Assembly (NCBI GenBank): GCA_963842975.1
Contig: CAWJIH010000005.1
Coordinates: forward strand, 81,715 to 145,714
Source of the DNA: an uncultured Actinomycetes bacterium
GTDB lineage: Bacteria > Actinomycetota > Actinomycetes > S36-B12 > UBA10799
DNA length: 64,000 bases
Reading direction: 5' to 3'
Part shown: positions 59,748 to 64,000 of the stretch, piece after piece
How positions within the stretch are numbered: the stretch's first letter is position 1
Layout of the letters: every line of letters begins with the position of its first letter
The notes under the pieces: model-generated
Seen by the model: only the letters and a program-made list of their open reading frames with translations
Told to the model about the DNA's origin: nothing
The model's database searches: none
Program-made: the position numbers and the translations under genes

Positions 59748-59812
59748 TTGCGCTACGGCAACACACCAGCACTCCACACGCTCGCACCACGAACGGAAAA
59801 GAGGCAGGCTCC

Positions 59813-60964
59813 ATGGCCAGCAGCAACAACGGCAGTCGCACCCCGACCAAGTCGAATAATCGGGAGGCGGCCCTCGACACCGCGCTTGCGTCCATCGAGA
59901 AGTCCTTCGGCAAGGGCTCCGTGATGCGCCTGGGAGACGATGTCCGCCCGCCGGTGGATGTGATCAAGACTGGTTCCACGGCTCTCGACATCGCCCTGGG
60001 TATCGGCGGACTTCCGCGAGGTCGGGTAGTGGAGATCTACGGGCCGGAGTCTTCGGGTAAGACGACTGTGGCGCTGCACGCGATCGCCAGCGCACAGGCG
60101 GCAGGTGGGATCGCGGCCTTCATCGACGCCGAGCATGCCCTCGACCCGGAGTATGCGTCCAGATTGGGCGTCGACATCGACAAGCTGCTTGTCAGCCAAC
60201 CGGACACGGGGGAGCAAGCGCTGGAGATCACGGACATGCTGGTGCGCTCCGGCGCCATCGACATCATCGTTATCGACTCCGTGGCGGCCCTGACCCCGAG
60301 GGCGGAGATCGAAGGTGAGATGGGGGATAGCCACGTGGGATTGCAGGCCCGGCTCATGAGTCAGGCGCTGCGCAAACTGACTGGCGCCTTGAGCGGTACC
60401 GGCACCACAGCGATCTTCATCAACCAACTGCGCGAAAAGATCGGCGTGATGTTCGGCAGCCCGGAAACCACCACCGGTGGCCGTGCGTTGAAGTTCTATT
60501 CCTCCATTCGGCTCGATGTTCGGCGCATCGAGACGCTGAAGGAGGGGTCCTCTCCGGTCGGCAACCGCACCCGGGTCAAGGTGGTCAAGAACAAACTCGC
60601 ACCGCCTTTCAAGCAGGCCGAGTTCGATATTCTGTACGGCTTCGGCATTTCGCGGGAAGGTGGCCTCATCGACCTGGGCGTCGACAACGGCATCGTCCGC
60701 AAGTCGGGTGCGTGGTACACCTACGAGGGCGATCAACTCGGGCAAGGCAAAGAGAACGCGCGTGCCTTCCTTCGCGACAACCCGGAGTTGGCAGACGAGA
60801 TCGAACGTCTCATCAAGGAAAAGCTCGGGGTGGGTCCCAAGCCTGAGGCTTCCGTGACGGAAGCGCCGGCCGGGAAGGCCGACACCATCAGCGCGCCCAG
60901 CATCGACGAGTTGGCGGCGGTAGTGGGCCCGCGGCCTGCCACTAATGGGTCGGCGTCGCGCTAG
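59813..60964 (+). CDS. recA: Recombinase RecA
   Basis: [23 protein letters not shown], Walker [33 protein letters not shown]. 383 aa, with no intein. The ORF from 59543 is an upstream over-extension. Confidence 0.97.
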   Translation: MASSNNGSRTPTKSNNREAALDTALASIEKSFGKGSVMRLGDDVRPPVDVIKTGSTALDIALGIGGLPRGRVVEIYGPESSGKTTVALHAIASAQAAGGIAAFIDAEHALDPEYASRLGVDIDKLLVSQPDTGEQALEITDMLVRSGAIDIIVIDSVAALTPRAEIEGEMGDSHVGLQARLMSQALRKLTGALSGTGTTAIFINQLREKIGVMFGSPETTTGGRALKFYSSIRLDVRRIETLKEGSSPVGNRTRVKVVKNKLAPPFKQAEFDILYGFGISREGGLIDLGVDNGIVRKSGAWYTYEGDQLGQGKENARAFLRDNPELADEIERLIKEKLGVGPKPEASVTEAPAGKADTISAPSIDELAAVVGPRPATNGSASR

Positions 60965-61523
60965 CGGTGGAGGCCAGCGGCGGTCGGCGGAGGGGCCGGA
61001 CGCCGCACGTGAGCCCGAGGCAGATCCGACTGAAGTTGCTCGCACTCTGGTGTTGCGATCGCTCAATGCAGCGCCCCGAACCCGAGCCCAACTCGCGGAA
61101 TTGCTCGCCTCACGTGGGGTGCCCGACGACGTAGCCGAGGCCTGCCTCGATCGCTTCACCGAACTGCACCTCATTGACGACGCCGAATACGCGCGCATGT
61201 GGGTGCGCTCGCGGCACAAGTTGCGCAAGCTTCCGCGTCGCACCCTGCGCTACGAGCTGGTGCGCAAAGGGGTGGCTGCGGAGGACATCGAGGCCGCCCT
61301 CGAGTTCGTCGACGAAGACGATGAACGGATGGCGGCAGCAGCCCTTGCCGTTCGCAAGGCGGCCAGCACTGCGCGTCTGGAGCCCCATGTACGGCACCGA
61401 CGAATCATGGCGTCGCTGATGCGAAAAGGTTTCTCAGCCGAGGTCGCGGCGCAGGCCACAGCAGAAGCTCTGGCAGGTGAGGACATCGACGAGGTGATCA
61501 CCCACGAGGATGCGCACGGGTGA
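60945..61523 (+). CDS. recX: Recombination regulator RecX
   Basis: Overlaps the recA 3' end. Repeated helical RecX motifs ([38 protein letters not shown]). Confidence 0.88.
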   Translation: MGRRRASGGGQRRSAEGPDAAREPEADPTEVARTLVLRSLNAAPRTRAQLAELLASRGVPDDVAEACLDRFTELHLIDDAEYARMWVRSRHKLRKLPRRTLRYELVRKGVAAEDIEAALEFVDEDDERMAAAALAVRKAASTARLEPHVRHRRIMASLMRKGFSAEVAAQATAEALAGEDIDEVITHEDAHG

Positions 61524-61526
61524 TCC

Positions 61527-62303
61527 TCACCGCGCGCCGGTCGGAGCCTCCAGTTGCCATCGGGCCACGAAGTAGGCGACGTGATGCGGGTCGGTGTAGC
61601 TCAGCAGTTCCGAGGTCACCAGGCTGGCACCCCACTGGTTGAGCAGAGCCACTGCCGCTTGCCAGGCGCAGCGACCGTCAAGGGCGAAAAGGGAGTCGCA
61701 CTCCTCGGACAGATGGCTCAGGCCGTCGAGGTCGCCCGTTTCGAGCATCGCGGCGATCCGGTCGTCCAACTCGACTGCACCTGGAACGGTGTGTCCGGGA
61801 GCCTTCTCGTGACGTGTTGCGGTGCCGTCGCCCACCACAATCACCGCGGTCCCTGGCCGATACGCCAGGATCGACTCCGCGTCCTGGGCGACCGCTCCGC
61901 TCACCTCGTGGGGGGAGCCCGACACCAACATCAGTTGAAGTTCGACCTCCTTGGCTGGCAGCGGAGCGGACGTTGCCGGGCGGGCGATGCGTTCAGCTGC
62001 CCAGCGCCCGACTGTCAACGAGATCGGCAACGTCGCCGGTGAATCGGCATCGGCAACGCCGGCCAATCGCGCTTCGCATCCGGGCATATCTATCGGGAAC
62101 GGCGTAAGACCAGGGACTGGATGTGGGGCGTCGGGGCGGTGGCCGGCACCCGTGCCTCCGAGCACGATGATCCGGGAAGAGTCGTGCAGCGCGGAGCACG
62201 CGAGCGCGATGTCCTCCCGCAACGCCGCATGCGCCGGTAGGGGTGTGGGATTGAGCGTGGGAAGCAGCAAAGGTGCACTGGGGATGAAGATAACCGGAAT
62301 CAC
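61527..62303 (-). CDS. Conserved hypothetical protein between recX and miaB
   Basis: 258 aa with a GTG start, preceded by TAGGCT-N6. No motif I can assign. Coding-like composition and the syntenic position of actinobacterial conserved hypotheticals. Confidence 0.55.
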   Translation of the reverse strand: MIPVIFIPSAPLLLPTLNPTPLPAHAALREDIALACSALHDSSRIIVLGGTGAGHRPDAPHPVPGLTPFPIDMPGCEARLAGVADADSPATLPISLTVGRWAAERIARPATSAPLPAKEVELQLMLVSGSPHEVSGAVAQDAESILAYRPGTAVIVVGDGTATRHEKAPGHTVPGAVELDDRIAAMLETGDLDGLSHLSEECDSLFALDGRCAWQAAVALLNQWGASLVTSELLSYTDPHHVAYFVARWQLEAPTGAR

Positions 62304-62309
62304 GGACCC

Positions 62310-62315
62310 AGCCTA
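62310..62315 (-). promoter_or_regulatory. -10-like hexamer TAGGCT, 6 nt upstream of GTG 62303 (leaderless candidate)
   Basis: The minus strand reads TAGGCT-GGGTCC-GTG. Confidence 0.4.
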
Positions 62316-62366
62316 GGAGTCAGCGCGCCGGTCCGCCCGCGGCGTGCTGCGTAGACTTGACCCACC

Positions 62367-63863
62367 ATGAGCACCTCTACTGTCAGTGACGCCGCCTCGG
62401 TGATCACCGCCCCTCGATACGAAGTGCGCACGCTGGGCTGTCAGATGAACGTCCACGACTCCGAACGCATGGCCGGGCTGCTCGAAGCAGCCGGCTACGT
62501 GCGCGCCGAACCCGGAGCGTCGCCGGACCTCATCGTCTTCAACACCTGTGCGGTCCGGGAGAACGCCGACAATCGGTTGTACGGCAACCTTGGGCATTTG
62601 CGGCCGGCCAAGGTGGCCAACCCGCAGTTGCAGATTGCGGTCGGTGGTTGCCTGGCCCAAAAGGATCGGGGCGAGATCGTTCGGCGGGCGCCGTGGGTGG
62701 ACGTCGTGTTTGGAACCCACAACATCGGCAGCCTTCCGGTGCTGCTGGAGCGTGCCCGGGTGGAGCGTGAAGCTCAAGTTGAGATCGAAGAAGCCCTGGT
62801 TGCCTTTCCCTCAACGTTGCCTTCGCGTCGAGACTCTGCCCACTCCGCATGGGTGTCGATCAGCGTGGGCTGCAACAACACCTGCACCTTCTGCATTGTG
62901 CCCGCCCTACGTGGCAAGGAGAAGGATCGTCGACCGCCGGATATCTTGGCGGAGATCCGTGCCCTGGTGGATTCCGGTGTCAGCGAGGTGACACTGCTCG
63001 GCCAGAACGTGAATGCCTACGGCGTCGAATTCGGCGAACCCAGCGCATTCGCGGATCTGTTGCGCGCCTGCGGTGGCATTGATGGCCTTGATCGGGTCCG
63101 CTTCACCAGCCCCCACCCGCGCGATTTCACCGACGATGTCATTGCTGCGATGGCGGAAACGGCCAACGTCATGCCGCAACTGCACATGCCGCTGCAATCC
63201 GGATCCGACGCGGTGTTGCGGCGGATGCGCCGGTCGTATCGTCGGGATCGTTTCCTCGGAATCATCGATCGGGTCCGCGCCGCGATGCCGGATGCTGCGA
63301 TCACCACCGACATCATCGTGGGGTTCCCCGGCGAGACCGAAGCGGACCTCGACGCCACCATTGACGTGGTGCGCCAGGCCCGCTTCGCAGGTGCGTACAC
63401 CTTCCAGTACTCCAAACGGCCCGGGACTCCGGCGGCGGACATGGTCGATCAGATTCCGGCAGATATCGTCACGGAGCGCTACCAACGTTTGGTGGCAGTG
63501 GCCGACGACGTGGCCTGGGATGAGAACAAGAAGCTGCTCGGCACCCAAGTTGAGGTGCTGATTTCGGCCGGGGATGGGCGCAAGGACGCGCGTACCCATC
63601 GGGTCAGCGGTCGGGCCCGTGACAACCGTTTGGTGCACCTGGACCCGGCGGGACTCTCCCCGCAACCCGGTGACGTGCTCACCGGTTACGTGACCCACTC
63701 CGCTCCGCACCATTTGGTCGCCGACGCCGACGTGACCCTCATCCGGCGGGCCCGGGTGCCGGCCGAAGCGTGTGGCGTCTCCGTGCCTGGTGTCACGACC
63801 GCATCGCCGGATGGTGGTCCGGTCACCCTGGGTATGCCCACAACGGTGCCGATGCGTGACTGA
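62367..63863 (+). CDS. miaB: tRNA-2-methylthio-N6-dimethylallyladenosine synthase
   Basis: [24 protein letters not shown], radical [14 protein letters not shown], and a C-terminal TRAM domain. 498 aa. Confidence 0.95.
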   Translation: MSTSTVSDAASVITAPRYEVRTLGCQMNVHDSERMAGLLEAAGYVRAEPGASPDLIVFNTCAVRENADNRLYGNLGHLRPAKVANPQLQIAVGGCLAQKDRGEIVRRAPWVDVVFGTHNIGSLPVLLERARVEREAQVEIEEALVAFPSTLPSRRDSAHSAWVSISVGCNNTCTFCIVPALRGKEKDRRPPDILAEIRALVDSGVSEVTLLGQNVNAYGVEFGEPSAFADLLRACGGIDGLDRVRFTSPHPRDFTDDVIAAMAETANVMPQLHMPLQSGSDAVLRRMRRSYRRDRFLGIIDRVRAAMPDAAITTDIIVGFPGETEADLDATIDVVRQARFAGAYTFQYSKRPGTPAADMVDQIPADIVTERYQRLVAVADDVAWDENKKLLGTQVEVLISAGDGRKDARTHRVSGRARDNRLVHLDPAGLSPQPGDVLTGYVTHSAPHHLVADADVTLIRRARVPAEACGVSVPGVTTASPDGGPVTLGMPTTVPMRD

Positions 63864-63925
63864 TTCACCGCGGGCACACATGCCGGAGCAAGCGGAGGCC
63901 GATGCCGAGGTCCGAGGCCACGATC

Positions 63926-63969
63926 CTGCGGTGCCCGACCCTGCGGTGCCCGCGCCGCTGCGGTGCCCG
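63926..63969 (+). repeat. Three direct copies of CTGCGGTGCCCG at 15- and 17-bp spacing
   Basis: Copies at 63926-63937, 63941-63952 and 63958-63969, downstream of miaB. Confidence 0.7.
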
Positions 63970-64000
63970 GCACGGGAGTTGTGGCCGTGGTGGGTGCGAC
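63963..64000 (+). CDS. Possible 5' end of tRNA dimethylallyltransferase (truncated by the window edge)
   Basis: The frame reads VPGTGVVAVVGAT, resembling the MiaA N-terminal P-loop lead-in. The gene order miaB-miaA is expected. Only 12 codons are visible. Confidence 0.3.
   Translation, partial: MPGTGVVAVVGA

Noticed and set aside
59813-60964. Intein or other insertion in recA (383 aa is longer than the usual ~350 aa).
   Set aside because: The conserved RecA core is contiguous. The extra length is an N-terminal S/N/T-rich lead and a C-terminal acidic/Ala-Pro tail. No intein block motifs are present.

Overview
High-GC actinobacterial chromosome segment. I found no rRNA, tRNA, CRISPR array, transposase or integrase. 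Positions 1-17037 hold a polyamine/agmatine/GABA-type catabolic cluster: PotABC-like ABC importer, FAD oxidoreductase, mmsA-like aldehyde dehydrogenase, agmatinase-family ureohydrolase, amidohydrolase, APC permease, saccharopine-dehydrogenase-family enzyme, gabT and a second aldehyde dehydrogenase. This cluster is interrupted by a vapBC toxin-antitoxin pair, an AlaX-like gene and an NlpC/P60 lipoprotein gene. The remaining ~47 kb is a conserved core block syntenic with Mycobacterium/Streptomyces: dxr, M50 protease, ispG, proS, rimP-nusA-ylxR-infB-rbfA-nrnA-truB-ribF, rpsO-pnp, M16 peptidase, dapB, azlCD, glpD-TetR-flavoprotein, thyX-dapA-rnj-ftsK-rimO-pgsA-cinA, clgR, nei-lhr, DUF3046-recA-recX and miaB. 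I did not find an unmistakable novel multi-gene system. The most unusual signal is a pair of 100% identical 103-bp hairpin elements with 21-bp terminal inverted repeats. They bracket a single PNPOx-family gene at 38.3-39.2 kb, and each is followed by a CCCCGACCGG tandem array of different period. Other points worth a second look: three genes (mmsA, the AlaX-like gene, the rnj N-terminus) are interrupted by one-base frameshifts. A TAnnnT hexamer sits 6-7 nt before at least 13 start codons, suggesting leaderless genes. The recA leader carries both a LexA box and a PafBC/RecA-NDp-type promoter. There are several unexplained palindromes, and a helix-closed leader lies upstream of the NlpC/P60 gene. 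All calls come from reading the ORF translations and the sequence by eye. No database search was run.
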